A stretch of DNA of 64,000 nucleotides from Escherichia phage BEU50: the sequence record OM632671.1. One strand, written 5' to 3'. This document shows positions 9,452-19,030 of this stretch, one piece after another. The notes under the pieces are model-generated. The model worked only from the letters and a program-made list of their open reading frames with translations, had not been told where the DNA came from and did no database searches. Made by a program: the position numbers and the translations under genes. The number at the start of each line of letters is the position of its first letter. Positions within the stretch are counted from its first letter, which is position 1.

Positions 9452-9785
9452 AATTTTGGTTTTATGTATAGGATTAATTTCATTTTCTGCGTTAGCAGAT
9501 ACATCATATACTGAAATTAGAGAGTATGTAAACCGTACTGCAGCGGATTATTGCGGGAAAAATAAAGCATGCCAAGCTGAATTTGCGCAGAAATTAATAT
9601 ATGCATATAAAGACGGAGAAAGAGATAAATCAAGCAGATACAAAAATGATACATTGTTAAAACGATATGCTAAAAAGTGGAATACCTTAGAATGTTCAGT
9701 TGCGGAGGAGAAAGATAAAGCCGCTTGTCATTCAATGGTTGACCGTTTAGTAGATTCTTATAATCGAGGATTGAGTACTAGATGA
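9444..9785 (+). CDS. small secreted protein with signal peptide
   Basis: Signal peptide MTKILVLCIGLISFSALA; Cys-containing mature part. Confidence 0.5.
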   Translation: MTKILVLCIGLISFSALADTSYTEIREYVNRTAADYCGKNKACQAEFAQKLIYAYKDGERDKSSRYKNDTLLKRYAKKWNTLECSVAEEKDKAACHSMVDRLVDSYNRGLSTR

Positions 9786-10261
9786 TTGTAAAATATATCA
9801 AGGGCGATATTGTCGCCCTATTTCTTCAAGGTAATATTATTGCGCACGGGTGCAATTGCTTCCACACAATGGGCTCTGGCGTAGCAGGTCAATTAGCAAG
9901 AGCCTATCCCAAAATTTTAGAAATAGATAAAACCACTACCGAGTACGGTTCTCGTGATAAATTAGGCGATATGTCTATTGTTTTTAAACATAGTCCTACG
10001 GGATTTGGTATATGCTATAACCTGTATACACAATACGAACCGGGTCCTAATCTTGATTATGGTGCTTTAGTAAACTGCATGATAGAATTAAATCTACAGG
10101 CAGAAACCCTTTTGTTTAAACCAGTAATTTACATTCCACGCATAGGTTGCGGTATTGCTGGTGGTGATTGGGATAAGGTTTCTAAATTAATCGACATGTT
10201 TACTCCTGATATTGATTTAATAGTGGTGGATTATGAAAGTACATTACCCGCATCCGTTTGA
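9782..10261 (+). CDS. macro-domain protein (ADP-ribose binding/processing)
   Basis: AHGCNCFHTMGSGVAGQLA and IPRIGCGIAGGDW resemble macro-domain Gly-rich phosphate-binding loops. Confidence 0.6.
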   Translation: MIVKYIKGDIVALFLQGNIIAHGCNCFHTMGSGVAGQLARAYPKILEIDKTTTEYGSRDKLGDMSIVFKHSPTGFGICYNLYTQYEPGPNLDYGALVNCMIELNLQAETLLFKPVIYIPRIGCGIAGGDWDKVSKLIDMFTPDIDLIVVDYESTLPASV

Positions 10262-10445
10262 TCCTAAAAACAAAGTGGAAATTATTCGTCAATGGGAACG
10301 CATTTGCCGTACTAAATGCCCAATTAATAGTCCACATGATGTAGATAAAGACTATATTGGAACATTCGTTGAATATACCTTTATTGATAGGAAAGGTCGT
10401 AAACAACATGTAGAAGAATATTGTTTAAAGGTTACATGGTTATGA
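10233..10445 (+). CDS. hypothetical protein (70 aa)
   Basis: ORF track only. Confidence 0.4.
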   Translation: MKVHYPHPFDPKNKVEIIRQWERICRTKCPINSPHDVDKDYIGTFVEYTFIDRKGRKQHVEEYCLKVTWL

Positions 10446-10648
10446 GCCAAACTAGTATTCTTAAAAATGCCCATTGTGAAAAGTGTAAGTGGCCGATTGT
10501 TTTTGCTTTATGTAATGATGAAATGGCTTGTGATTTCGATTATTGGTGCTATTGTTCTAATAAAGGATGCATCAATCATAAAGGTGAAGGATTTTATTCA
10601 GGATTTTATCCTTATCCTGATTTCGTTAAAGAAGGTAAACCGAAATGA
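10421..10648 (+). CDS. Cys-rich hypothetical protein
   Basis: ORF track; multiple CxxC pairs; start uncertain. Confidence 0.4.
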   Translation: MFKGYMVMSQTSILKNAHCEKCKWPIVFALCNDEMACDFDYWCYCSNKGCINHKGEGFYSGFYPYPDFVKEGKPK

Positions 10649-11009
10649 ATAGTTTTGAGTTACAATATGAAGTGTTACGTGAGCTTGATAATTTAATTGA
10701 ACTCGCTGTCAATAAAGGTTTTGCCATTGGAATCGGTCAAAAAGATACTGGTCATTTAACTATGGAAATATTTAAGCAAAAGCGAATTATTTTAAAACTC
10801 CTGGAAATTAATATATGAGTCTGAGTAAAGAATAAAAAGATAAATTGTTTGAGCTTATCCATGAACTTCTAGATGAGCATGCAGAAGCAAACACCTTTTA
10901 TGATGAATACGGCCCGCTATCTCCCGAACAGCAAGAAGAATTTGCTGATCGGTTTGATAAGAAAGAAAACGAATTAATAGCTTATGTGAATATGCTTTAA
11001 GAAGGTGAT

Positions 11010-11591
11010 ATGGCGAGTTTAATTTTTACTTACGCAGCAATGAATGCTGGAAAATCTGCTTCTCTTTTGACTGCTGCACATAATTATAAAGAACGCGGAA
11101 TGAGTGTATTAGTTCTTAAGCCTGCTATTGATACTCGCGATTCTGTCTGTGAAGTCGTTTCTCGCATTGGAATTAAGCAGGAAGCGAATATTATTACAGA
11201 TGATATGGATATTTTCGAGTTCTATAAATGGGCTGAAGCACAAAAAGATATTCATTGCGTATTTGTAGATGAAGCTCAGTTTTTAAAAACTGAACAGGTG
11301 CATCAATTAAGTCGAATTGTTGATACATATAATGTTCCTGTTATGGCTTATGGATTAAGGACTGATTTCGCTGGAAAATTGTTTGAAGGTTCTAAAGAAC
11401 TTTTAGCGATTGCAGATAAACTTATTGAACTAAAGGCAGTTTGTCATTGCGGCAAAAAAGCGATTATGACAGCTCGATTAATGGAAGATGGAACACCAGT
11501 TAAAGAAGGTAATCAAATCTGTATTGGTGATGAAATTTATGTTTCTTTGTGTAGAAAACATTGGAACGAATTAACTAAAAAGCTCGGTTAG
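11010..11591 (+). CDS. tk: thymidine kinase
   Basis: 193 aa; P-loop AAMNAGKS; matches recalled T4 Tk essentially end to end. Confidence 0.92.
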   Translation: MASLIFTYAAMNAGKSASLLTAAHNYKERGMSVLVLKPAIDTRDSVCEVVSRIGIKQEANIITDDMDIFEFYKWAEAQKDIHCVFVDEAQFLKTEQVHQLSRIVDTYNVPVMAYGLRTDFAGKLFEGSKELLAIADKLIELKAVCHCGKKAIMTARLMEDGTPVKEGNQICIGDEIYVSLCRKHWNELTKKLG

Positions 11592-11633
11592 TGCAAAAGT
11601 TATAAATAGGTTTATCTAACTAAAGGGGTATAT

Positions 11634-11846
11634 ATGCTACAATTAACTGAAAAGCAACTTCGCAATCTTACTGTTCTTCAATTAGATGAAATTCGTAGGG
11701 AAGTTGGAAATATCATTTCAGCTTTGCGTCGAGAAGTATCACTCAACCAATCTCCGGCAGACTATACTAGATTGCGAAATTTTGAAAAATACCTTGATAA
11801 AGTTAAGGCCGTGCATCGGCATAAAGTAAATACAGGACAAAAATGA
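11634..11846 (+). CDS. hypothetical protein (70 aa)
   Basis: ORF track; SD AAAGGGG upstream. Confidence 0.5.
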
Positions 11847-11858
11847 TAGGAGGCCTTT

Positions 11859-12152
11859 ATGGCCTTAAAAGCAACGGCACTATTTGCCATGCTAGGATTA
11901 GCGTTTGCTTTATCTCCATCGATTGAAGCGAATGTCGATCCTCATTTTGATAAATTTATGGAATCTGGTATTAGACACGTTTATATGCTTTTTGAAAATA
12001 AAAGCGTAGAATCATCTGAACAGTTCTATAGTTTTATGCGAACGACTTATAAAAATGACCCGTGCTCTTCTGATTTTGAATGTATAGAGCGAGGCGCGGA
12101 GATGGCACAATCATACGCTAGAATTATGAACATTAAATTGGAGACTGAATGA
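11859..12152 (+). CDS. rI: RI lysis-inhibition regulator (antiholin), signal-anchor protein
   Basis: 97 aa with N-terminal signal-anchor MALKATALFAMLGLAFALS; size and position next to tk match T4 rI. Confidence 0.7.
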   Translation: MALKATALFAMLGLAFALSPSIEANVDPHFDKFMESGIRHVYMLFENKSVESSEQFYSFMRTTYKNDPCSSDFECIERGAEMAQSYARIMNIKLETE

Positions 12153-12535
12153 AATTCAGCGACTTTTCACAAAGTGGAAAACCTTCAAAGGCAGATGAAT
12201 ACTTAGGTTTATTAATGGCTGCACAAGCTTATTTTCATTCTGCGCATTTTGAAACTAAAAGTTATGCTAGACACAAAGCATACGATTTTATTTTCTCCGA
12301 GTTGCCAGATTTGATTGATAAATTTGGTGAGCAATATTTGGGGTATTCTGGTAGAAAATACACACCTTCAATTCCAGATGCTAGTAAACTTCCTACCGAC
12401 ACAATTAAAATGATTGATCGCATACTAGACCAATCTAACAGCATTTATAAAGAAATGCCTCCAGCCATTCAAAGCACGATAGATGATATCACTGGGATGT
12501 TTTATCAGAGTAAATATCTTCTTTCCCTCGAATAA
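12149..12535 (+). CDS. hypothetical protein (128 aa)
   Basis: ORF track; overlaps rI stop. Confidence 0.55.
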
Positions 12536-12539
12536 CGTT

Positions 12540-12563
12540 AGTCTCCTTCGGGAGACTTTTTTC
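12540..12563 (+). terminator. rho-independent terminator candidate
   Basis: AGTCTCC-TTCG-GGAGACT hairpin followed by TTTTTT. Confidence 0.6.
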
Positions 12564-12630
12564 ATTTTACCGGTTTACTTTCCATTTGAGCTGTGATACT
12601 ATACAACCATCGGATAAAGAGGAGAACATC

Positions 12631-12819
12631 ATGAAAATTGAAGCACTTAATCAAGAAGGAAATATCTACGTCATCATTAATGGTGATTTTTTCGTCGACA
12701 TGGATGAAGTTACCAGTGAAGAACTTGTAGAACTTCTTAAGAAACGTTATAATATGTGTGATGAAGTTGCAACTCACATGGCGTGTGCAATATTCTCTCT
12801 TTCATATGTGGTGGAATAA
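12631..12819 (+). CDS. hypothetical protein (62 aa)
   Basis: ORF-track frame trimmed to ATG 12631 preceded by AGAGGAG. Confidence 0.5.
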
Positions 12820-13022
12820 TGAAAACTGAAAAGCAAGCGGATAAAATTAAGGAATTAGTGGCTTCAATTCGTAAAGCAGATGAAGAGCTGATTGACTTTG
12901 CTTGGTATTCATCGGGTATTTCGAATAAAGGCATTAAAGACTTTGAAACTAAAGTTGATAATGCTTTAGAAGCGTTAGATATGTTTCTTGATGAAATTAT
13001 CGATCATAATACGAGAGTTTAA
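12819..13022 (+). CDS. hypothetical protein (67 aa)
   Basis: ATG overlaps preceding stop; begins MKTEKQ. Confidence 0.5.
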   Translation: MKTEKQADKIKELVASIRKADEELIDFAWYSSGISNKGIKDFETKVDNALEALDMFLDEIIDHNTRV

Positions 13023-13024
13023 GT

Positions 13025-13219
13025 ATGCTAACACGTGAACAGTTTGAAAAAATCATTAAATTAGCACGTGATGTTGAAATAGATTCATATCAATTAGCAG
13101 TTGAGCATTGTGAAGGATATTCATACGATGGTATAGAATCAGCTAAAAGGGATTTGGATAAATCTAAAGCTAAGTTAGTCCAATATCTTGAAATGATTAG
13201 GTGGAATAATGAAAACTGA
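13025..13219 (+). CDS. hypothetical protein (64 aa)
   Basis: ORF track. Confidence 0.5.
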   Translation: MLTREQFEKIIKLARDVEIDSYQLAVEHCEGYSYDGIESAKRDLDKSKAKLVQYLEMIRWNNEN

Positions 13220-13381
13220 AAAGCAGATGTTTTTAATGAAACTAATTGAAGAATATGCTAATGCAGTTTCTGACTATGAGCGTTCTTCTCGGGAAAGAGG
13301 TACAGCTTTCGCCAAAGAAGAAATGAAAATCATGGTTGATGCTCACACAAAGCTTCAGAATTTTATTGAAAACAACATTTA
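13208..13381 (+). CDS. hypothetical protein (57 aa), paralogous start module
   Basis: Not in ORF track; begins MKTEKQ with the same 25-nt start region as the 12819 gene. Confidence 0.4.
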
Positions 13382-13384
13382 ACG

Positions 13385-13414
13385 GTTTACAAGTTGGCAA
13401 GGTTATGGTATAGT
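13385..13414 (+). promoter_or_regulatory. T4-type early promoter candidate
   Basis: GTTTAC then about 18 nt then TATAGT. Confidence 0.4.
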
Positions 13415-13549
13415 AATCTTGTCAACTGTCAAGGAGAAGAGAATGAAAGTTTTGTTTGTTGTGTATGTAATGATTCAATATAATTACCCAATGTTTACTT
13501 ATAATCTGGTGAACAACATTATTGATATTATTCAAAGGAGTATGTAATT

Positions 13550-13780
13550 GTGAGTGAGTCGAAGAGAATCAATATGAAACGATTAGTATTAGAAGTTAGT
13601 CCGCTTTTTGGTGAATTGGCTATAGAAAAAGTAAATAACATGTATCGTTTGACGCAAGAAGACGATATGCTATATTTTACGCCTAGTGAAATCATTCATT
13701 TAACCCAAATTGAATATCCTTATACTGATAAAATAGTAAGTATCAATGATGAGCACAAAATTCATTGCTCGTTTGATTGA
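13550..13780 (+). CDS. hypothetical protein (76 aa, GTG start)
   Basis: ORF track; AAGGAG upstream. Confidence 0.45.
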   Translation: MSESKRINMKRLVLEVSPLFGELAIEKVNNMYRLTQEDDMLYFTPSEIIHLTQIEYPYTDKIVSINDEHKIHCSFD

Positions 13781-13870
13781 AGTTGAAGCCCAAATTGCAG
13801 AACACACCAAATTGTTAAAAGCTCTTAATGCAAAAGCAAATGGTTTACGTAATGCTATTGAGGTATTGAA

Positions 13871-14185
13871 ATGAAAAAGCGTCTATTAGAAGACATTGCA
13901 GCTTCAAGTAATTCCAGTTTAATTAAAATTATTATGGCCGGTGAAGAAGACGATCTGGAAATGCGTGGAAAGATTTATGGTTGTGATGATTATAGCAGCC
14001 CTATTAATTGGGATTCTGTAATGGTCATGGTTGAACGTCGCGAAAGGGCTTCTAAAAACGTTCCTAATTGCCCTGAATGTGGAACTGAACAGGTGCAATT
14101 AGTCCATTGGCAGACTAATAATCTTCGTTATAAATGTCGCCATTGTAAACACCGATTTGACCGAGAAGAAAATGACAAAGCGTAA
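13871..14185 (+). CDS. zinc-ribbon hypothetical protein (104 aa)
   Basis: CPECGTEQ ... CRHCKHRF four-Cys pattern. Confidence 0.55.
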
Positions 14186-14414
14186 AGAATATATGGAGAC
14201 CGCCGAAAAGGCAGTCCGTGAATTAGCAATAGCTTATTATAATGAACACGGTAAATTTCCTGATAGATACAGCGTGCTTAAATCTGCTTTAACTCGTTCA
14301 TATAAAAATATGCTATCAGAAGTAAGTGATATTATATACAAACATAAAGAACAAACGGGCCAAAGTCTTGATTACGACGAGACTTTTAAACAAGTACTAG
14401 GAATTAAGGAATAA
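14172..14414 (+). CDS. hypothetical protein
   Basis: ORF-track frame 14157..14414 (TTG) trimmed to first ATG. Confidence 0.4.
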
Positions 14415-14415
14415 T

Positions 14416-14679
14416 ATGTTTAAAGTATATGGTTATGATAGCAACATCCATAAATGTGTGTATTGCGATAATGCAAAACGTCTTTTGACCGTGAAGAAAC
14501 AGCCGTTTGAATTTATCAACATTATGCCGGAAAAAGGTGTTTTTGATGATGAGAAAATCGCTGAGCTTCTGACTAAACTAGGTCGTGATACTCAAATCGG
14601 CTTAACAATGCCTCAGGTATTTGCTCCTGATGGAAGTCATATTGGTGGATTTGACCAATTGCGGGAATACTTTAAATGA
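14416..14679 (+). CDS. nrdC: glutaredoxin/thioredoxin (T4 NrdC type)
   Basis: 87 aa, CVYC redox motif; matches recalled T4 NrdC. Confidence 0.9.
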   Translation: MFKVYGYDSNIHKCVYCDNAKRLLTVKKQPFEFINIMPEKGVFDDEKIAELLTKLGRDTQIGLTMPQVFAPDGSHIGGFDQLREYFK

Positions 14680-14891
14680 TTCTCGAAGGAACTGATTATA
14701 TCCATGATTACCGCGGAAGCGCGGTATATGTAGGTGATGAAGTTGCAGTTTACTACGGGTATGGAACTTTGATGACAGCCAAGGTTATTCAAATTAAAAA
14801 TAATCGTGCTAAACTCGAAGTTTATTATTCTAACGGCGAAAAGTCTATTTCTAAGTGGAAATACGGCGATTGTATGGTCAAACTGGGGTAA
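14676..14891 (+). CDS. hypothetical protein (71 aa)
   Basis: ORF track; overlaps nrdC stop. Confidence 0.5.
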   Translation: MILEGTDYIHDYRGSAVYVGDEVAVYYGYGTLMTAKVIQIKNNRAKLEVYYSNGEKSISKWKYGDCMVKLG

Positions 14892-14893
14892 AT

Positions 14894-15064
14894 ATGATTT
14901 ACGATATTAGTGCAGCAAGAGCTCCATCAATGGTTGCTATTCCAGCTGAAGAATTAGATCGTCTTCATAAAATTGAAGAACTTCTGTGGGAAATTGAATC
15001 TGATTTGCCATCAGGATTAGAATCCTGGATTGATTATGAAGAACTTAATAAGCTTCGGGGTTAA
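14894..15064 (+). CDS. hypothetical protein (56 aa)
   Basis: ORF-track frame trimmed to ATG 14894 following upstream stop. Confidence 0.4.
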   Translation: MIYDISAARAPSMVAIPAEELDRLHKIEELLWEIESDLPSGLESWIDYEELNKLRG

Positions 15065-15186
15065 ACCCTGGTGGGCGGCTAGATGGGAAACTGTAGAGCC
15101 AGAGCCGGAAGAACCGGTTTACACTGATGAAGAAACAGTATATAATGAACCAACGATAAATGACTTAATTGATATGGAGATGGGAC

Positions 15187-15672
15187 ATGATTACAGTAGA
15201 TAAGTGGTTTAGAATTAATCGTGTTGATACAGGGCTATGTAATTACTGGCCGGAACTTAGTGCAGGTACTGTCTTTAAAGTTCGTGAACTTGCAAAAGAA
15301 TGTGAAGATGATATAGAACCTGATACTGGAATTATTGAAATTGAACTTTCTGATGGAAAGATTATTAACATCTATGATAAGCCAATTACGTATTGGTGCT
15401 TGTGGAATACTGAATCCGTTGAAAATGGCGAAATTGAAGAAGTTGTAGAGAGAACTAGCCAAGATGCTCAGAAGCCTAAAGCCGCTTTTCAAGGTGAACG
15501 TATTTCATACGCATTAGCTAAATTAGCTGCACAAGAAAATAACGATGGTTATGAAGGAAATTTAATGCAAGCTGCCGCAGAGTACATTGAATGGCTTGAA
15601 ACTCAAATTTCTTTTTCTGACCAAATGATTCGGCAATATAAGCGATTGCATCAAATGTTTTACAATACTTGA
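15187..15672 (+). CDS. pin: hypothetical protein, possibly protease inhibitor Pin (161 aa)
   Basis: ORF-track frame trimmed to first ATG gives 161 aa, the T4 Pin length; position between nrdC and gene 49. Confidence 0.45.
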   Translation: MITVDKWFRINRVDTGLCNYWPELSAGTVFKVRELAKECEDDIEPDTGIIEIELSDGKIINIYDKPITYWCLWNTESVENGEIEEVVERTSQDAQKPKAAFQGERISYALAKLAAQENNDGYEGNLMQAAAEYIEWLETQISFSDQMIRQYKRLHQMFYNT

Positions 15673-15708
15673 AAAAACTCAAAATTCTTTTTCTGACAAG
15701 GCATTTTA

Positions 15709-15885
15709 ATGAAAACCGAATTGGTTTATACTGAAAAGTTAAATGGCGGTAAGGTTTGGAAACTTTTTATTAAAGGACATTCTACGGACCCTCATATGAC
15801 CACTTGCGTAGGAACCTATTCTCGTCCTACTAAAAAGATGATTCGACAGTATAAACGATTGCATCGAATGTTTTACAATACTTAA
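15709..15885 (+). CDS. small hypothetical protein (58 aa) sharing its C-terminus with upstream gene
   Basis: Not in ORF track; ends ...MIRQYKRLHRMFYNT, near-duplicate of the last 15 aa of the 15187..15672 product. Confidence 0.35.
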   Translation: MKTELVYTEKLNGGKVWKLFIKGHSTDPHMTTCVGTYSRPTKKMIRQYKRLHRMFYNT

Positions 15886-15925
15886 ATAATAAATACCCTT
15901 ATCTATTTAAGGTAAGGGTTTTATT

Positions 15926-16399
15926 ATGTTATTGACTGGCAAATTATACAAAGAAGAAAAACAAAAATTTTATAATGTACAAAACGGTAAATGCTTAATT
16001 TGCCAACGAGAACTAAATCCTGATGTTCAAGCTAATCACCTTGACCATGACCATGAATTAAATGGACCAAAAGCAGGAAAGGTACGTGGATTGCTTTGTA
16101 ATCTCTGCAATGCTGCAGAAGGTCAAATGAAGCACAAATTTAATCGTTCTGGCTTAAAGGGTCAAGGTGTTGATTATCTTGAATGGTTAGAAAATTTACT
16201 TACTTATTTAAAATCCGATTACACCCAAAATAATATTCACCCTAACTTTGTTGGAGATAAATCAAAGGAATTTTCTCGTTTAGGAAAAGAGGAAATGATG
16301 GCCGAGATGCTTCAAAGTGGATTTGAATATAATGAATCTGACACCAAAACACAATTAATAGCTTCATTTAAGAAGCAGCTTAGAAAGAGTTTAAAATGA
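15926..16399 (+). CDS. 49: endonuclease VII (Holliday junction resolvase)
   Basis: 157 aa; zinc-binding CLIC...C..C; matches T4 gp49 family. Confidence 0.88.
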   Translation: MLLTGKLYKEEKQKFYNVQNGKCLICQRELNPDVQANHLDHDHELNGPKAGKVRGLLCNLCNAAEGQMKHKFNRSGLKGQGVDYLEWLENLLTYLKSDYTQNNIHPNFVGDKSKEFSRLGKEEMMAEMLQSGFEYNESDTKTQLIASFKKQLRKSLK

Positions 16400-17217
16400 A
16401 TGTAGTATATAAACTATCATTTATTAATAGAATTAATGCTAAAACCCCACCATATTATTACATTGGAAGTAAAACCAATTGCACTTTTGATGGAACGAAT
16501 ATTATTGATAAAAATGGTAAATTTTATTATTCGTCTTCGTCATCTTCTGAATTTCAAAAAGCCTTATTGAAAGAAACGCCGAAAGTTGAAATATTATATT
16601 TTCAATTAGTCGGAGATGAACAAATAACTAGCATTGAAGCTGAATTTCAAAAGAATATAGAAAAAGATGTATGGAATAAAGAGTATTTTAATTTAGCATA
16701 TGCTGATGGCAAATTTACGACATATGGTATTTCTCCTTCTAAAGAAACTAGAGAAAAGCAATCAATAACCATGATTAAAAGAAATCGTAATAAAGGCAAA
16801 AATCATGGATTTTATGGAAAGCATCATACTAATTTAGCTAGAAAGAAAATATCAGAAGCTTCTAAAAAATACTGGAAAGAAAATCCACATCGTGGATTTT
16901 CGCATACAAAGGAAGCTAAAATTAAAATTGGAATTTCATCTTCTATCAGGCATAAAGGAAGTGGAAATCCGATGTATGGTGTAAAACCTTGGAAAACTCC
17001 GAGCGCAATTAAATCTGGTACTTGTATATTATGGTTAAAATACGCAGAAATTTTATATGATTATTTAAGTCCAGATTTTAAAAGTAAATCATCTATTTTT
17101 GCGGATTTAAACTTACCGAAATTTAGAATTGATAATTTCATCAAAAGGTTTAAAATGGGTTGGAACCCATATTTAGACGAAGAATTTCAAAAGGATAAAT
17201 TAGAATTATGTCTTTAG
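16396..17217 (+). CDS. GIY-YIG homing endonuclease (seg-like, free-standing)
   Basis: N-terminal VYKL...PYYYIGS GIY-YIG module; downstream basic helix repeats; start and stop overlap neighbouring genes. Confidence 0.75.
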   Translation: MNVVYKLSFINRINAKTPPYYYIGSKTNCTFDGTNIIDKNGKFYYSSSSSSEFQKALLKETPKVEILYFQLVGDEQITSIEAEFQKNIEKDVWNKEYFNLAYADGKFTTYGISPSKETREKQSITMIKRNRNKGKNHGFYGKHHTNLARKKISEASKKYWKENPHRGFSHTKEAKIKIGISSSIRHKGSGNPMYGVKPWKTPSAIKSGTCILWLKYAEILYDYLSPDFKSKSSIFADLNLPKFRIDNFIKRFKMGWNPYLDEEFQKDKLELCL

Positions 17218-18205
17218 AAAAAGATGTTTTAAATTTTATTTCAAATAAAGATAAAGAATTAAATACAGAAAACGCCAACAAAGATTCTCGCGTCTTTCCA
17301 ACAAAAAGAGATTTAATGGCCGGTATTGTTTCTAAACATATCGCTTGTCGTATTCTTCCAAGTCATATTGTAAATGCCCATAATGTTGGATTAATTCATT
17401 TTCATGATTTAGATTACAGTATATCATTGCCTTTTACTAATTGCTGTTTAGTAGATTTAAAAGGAATGCTTGAGAACGGGTTTAAGCTCGGTAATGCACA
17501 GATTGAAACTCCTAAATCAATCGGTGTTGCTACTGCAATTATGGCACAAATTACTGCACAGGTTGCTTCTCACCAATATGGCGGAACTACATTTGCTAAT
17601 GTCGATAAAGTACTTTCTCCTTATGTTAAACGCACCTATGCAAAACATATCGAAGACGCAGAAAAATGGCAAATCGCCGATGCGTTAAATTATGCTCAAT
17701 CTAAAACAGAAAAAGACGTATACGATGCATTCCAAGCTTATGAATATGAAGTAAATACTCTCTTTAGTTCAAACGGACAGACTCCTTTTGTAACAATTAC
17801 ATTTGGTACAGGAACTGACTGGACTGAACGAATGATTCAGAAAGCAATTCTGAAAAATCGTATTAAAGGTCTTGGTCGTGATGGGATAACTCCTATTTTC
17901 CCTAAGCTTGTTATGTTTGTTGAAGAAGGTGTTAATCTTTATAAAGACGATCCGAACTATGATATTAAGCAGCTTGCTCTAGAGTGTGCAAGCAAAAGAA
18001 TGTATCCTGATATTATTTCAGCTAAGAACAATAAAGCTATCACTGGTTCATCTGTTCCTGTTTCTCCAATGGGTTGCCGTAGTTTCTTGGGCGTATGGAA
18101 AGATTCGACTGGTAATGAAATTCTTGATGGACGTAATAATCTTGGCGTTGTAACACTGAATCTTCCTCGCATCGCGTTAGATTCTTATATTGGAACACAG
18201 TTCAA
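17208..18205 (+). pseudogene. nrdD: anaerobic ribonucleotide reductase NrdD, 5' portion only (truncated near codon 333)
   Basis: N-terminal two-thirds of class III RNR; frame then runs into reverse complement of gp37 start; no glycyl radical C-terminus. Confidence 0.8.
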
Positions 18206-18340
18206 TCCTGAGTCATCTTTTGTGAAAATTGTTTTATCTTTTAAGTTTATAGCCAATTCACCTTCGGCTAATACTGAAGCAGCAGGACGTTGACCTGCAG
18301 TTTTGCTTCTTTTAAATTGTATTTGTTTTAAAGTAGCCAT
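18206..18340 (-). pseudogene. 37: distal long tail fibre gp37, N-terminal 44-codon fragment
   Basis: Minus-strand [45 protein letters not shown] matches T4 gp37 N-terminus, then diverges and stops within 6 codons. Confidence 0.7.
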
Positions 18341-18348
18341 AAGTCCTC

Positions 18349-18999
18349 TTAATAATAGCCGAAATCTTGAACAGAATCCTTAATTACGATTTGGTCAAAT
18401 CGTGGAACGTGTGAAGGTTGAGATGCAGGATTCTGTGAAAAAAGGTTTGGCGCAGTTAAATTTCCTGTCATAGTGTCTCCAGAGCGTAATACCCTAGAGT
18501 TTGCATTTGCTGTAACAGTATTTATTGCTCCATCAACATAATCTTTACGAGTAGCATCTGATGCTGCGGAAGGAGTAGATGTAACAGTTACAGATGGAGC
18601 CGTTACAGCTTTGGTAAATGTTGTCAAACCTTCTGGCGTAATAGTAATTTGTCCAGTAGTGATTTCACTACCTGCTGGTCTAAAACTAATACCGCCAGAA
18701 GAGCCACCAACTACAAGAGTATTACCAGTGCCGCCACCAGAACGAATTCGGATGGGGGTTTCATTATTACTTAATTGAAGATAACTATTTACACCATAAT
18801 TAATAGTAACTGGGCCTGTGTAAGTACCACCAGTAGATTTAGAAACGAAATCATTATCAGCTGCCTGTGGTTTATTATATTCTGAATATATTTTAAATGA
18901 TTTGTAGAGTACATCGTCACCGGCTGAATTCAACGGAAAATTTCCTTGATGCCAAATGACAGATCCACCTACAGTTGAACCTCCTTTTAAATCAGCCAT
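18349..18999 (-). CDS. 36: long tail fibre distal connector gp36
   Basis: 216 aa; position between gp35 and gp37 fragment; T-even gp36 family. Confidence 0.85.
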   Translation of the reverse strand: MADLKGGSTVGGSVIWHQGNFPLNSAGDDVLYKSFKIYSEYNKPQAADNDFVSKSTGGTYTGPVTINYGVNSYLQLSNNETPIRIRSGGGTGNTLVVGGSSGGISFRPAGSEITTGQITITPEGLTTFTKAVTAPSVTVTSTPSAASDATRKDYVDGAINTVTANANSRVLRSGDTMTGNLTAPNLFSQNPASQPSHVPRFDQIVIKDSVQDFGYY

Positions 19000-19022
19000 A
19001 GTATGCCCATTTATTTTAATAT

Positions 19023-19030
19023 TATTTATA
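19023..19030 (-). promoter_or_regulatory. late promoter TATAAATA (gene 36)
   Basis: TATTTATA on plus strand, 24 nt upstream of gp36 ATG on minus strand. Confidence 0.5.

Noticed and set aside
17470-17688. Nested ORF inside nrdD, and similar antisense or nested ORFs (290..571, 1523..1801, 2589..2897, 22074..22259, 26706..26927, 45109..45572, 50091..51253, 56399..56796 and others)
   Set aside because: They lie inside or antisense to well-supported genes, lack start contexts, and show low-complexity or hydrophobic composition typical of frame artefacts.
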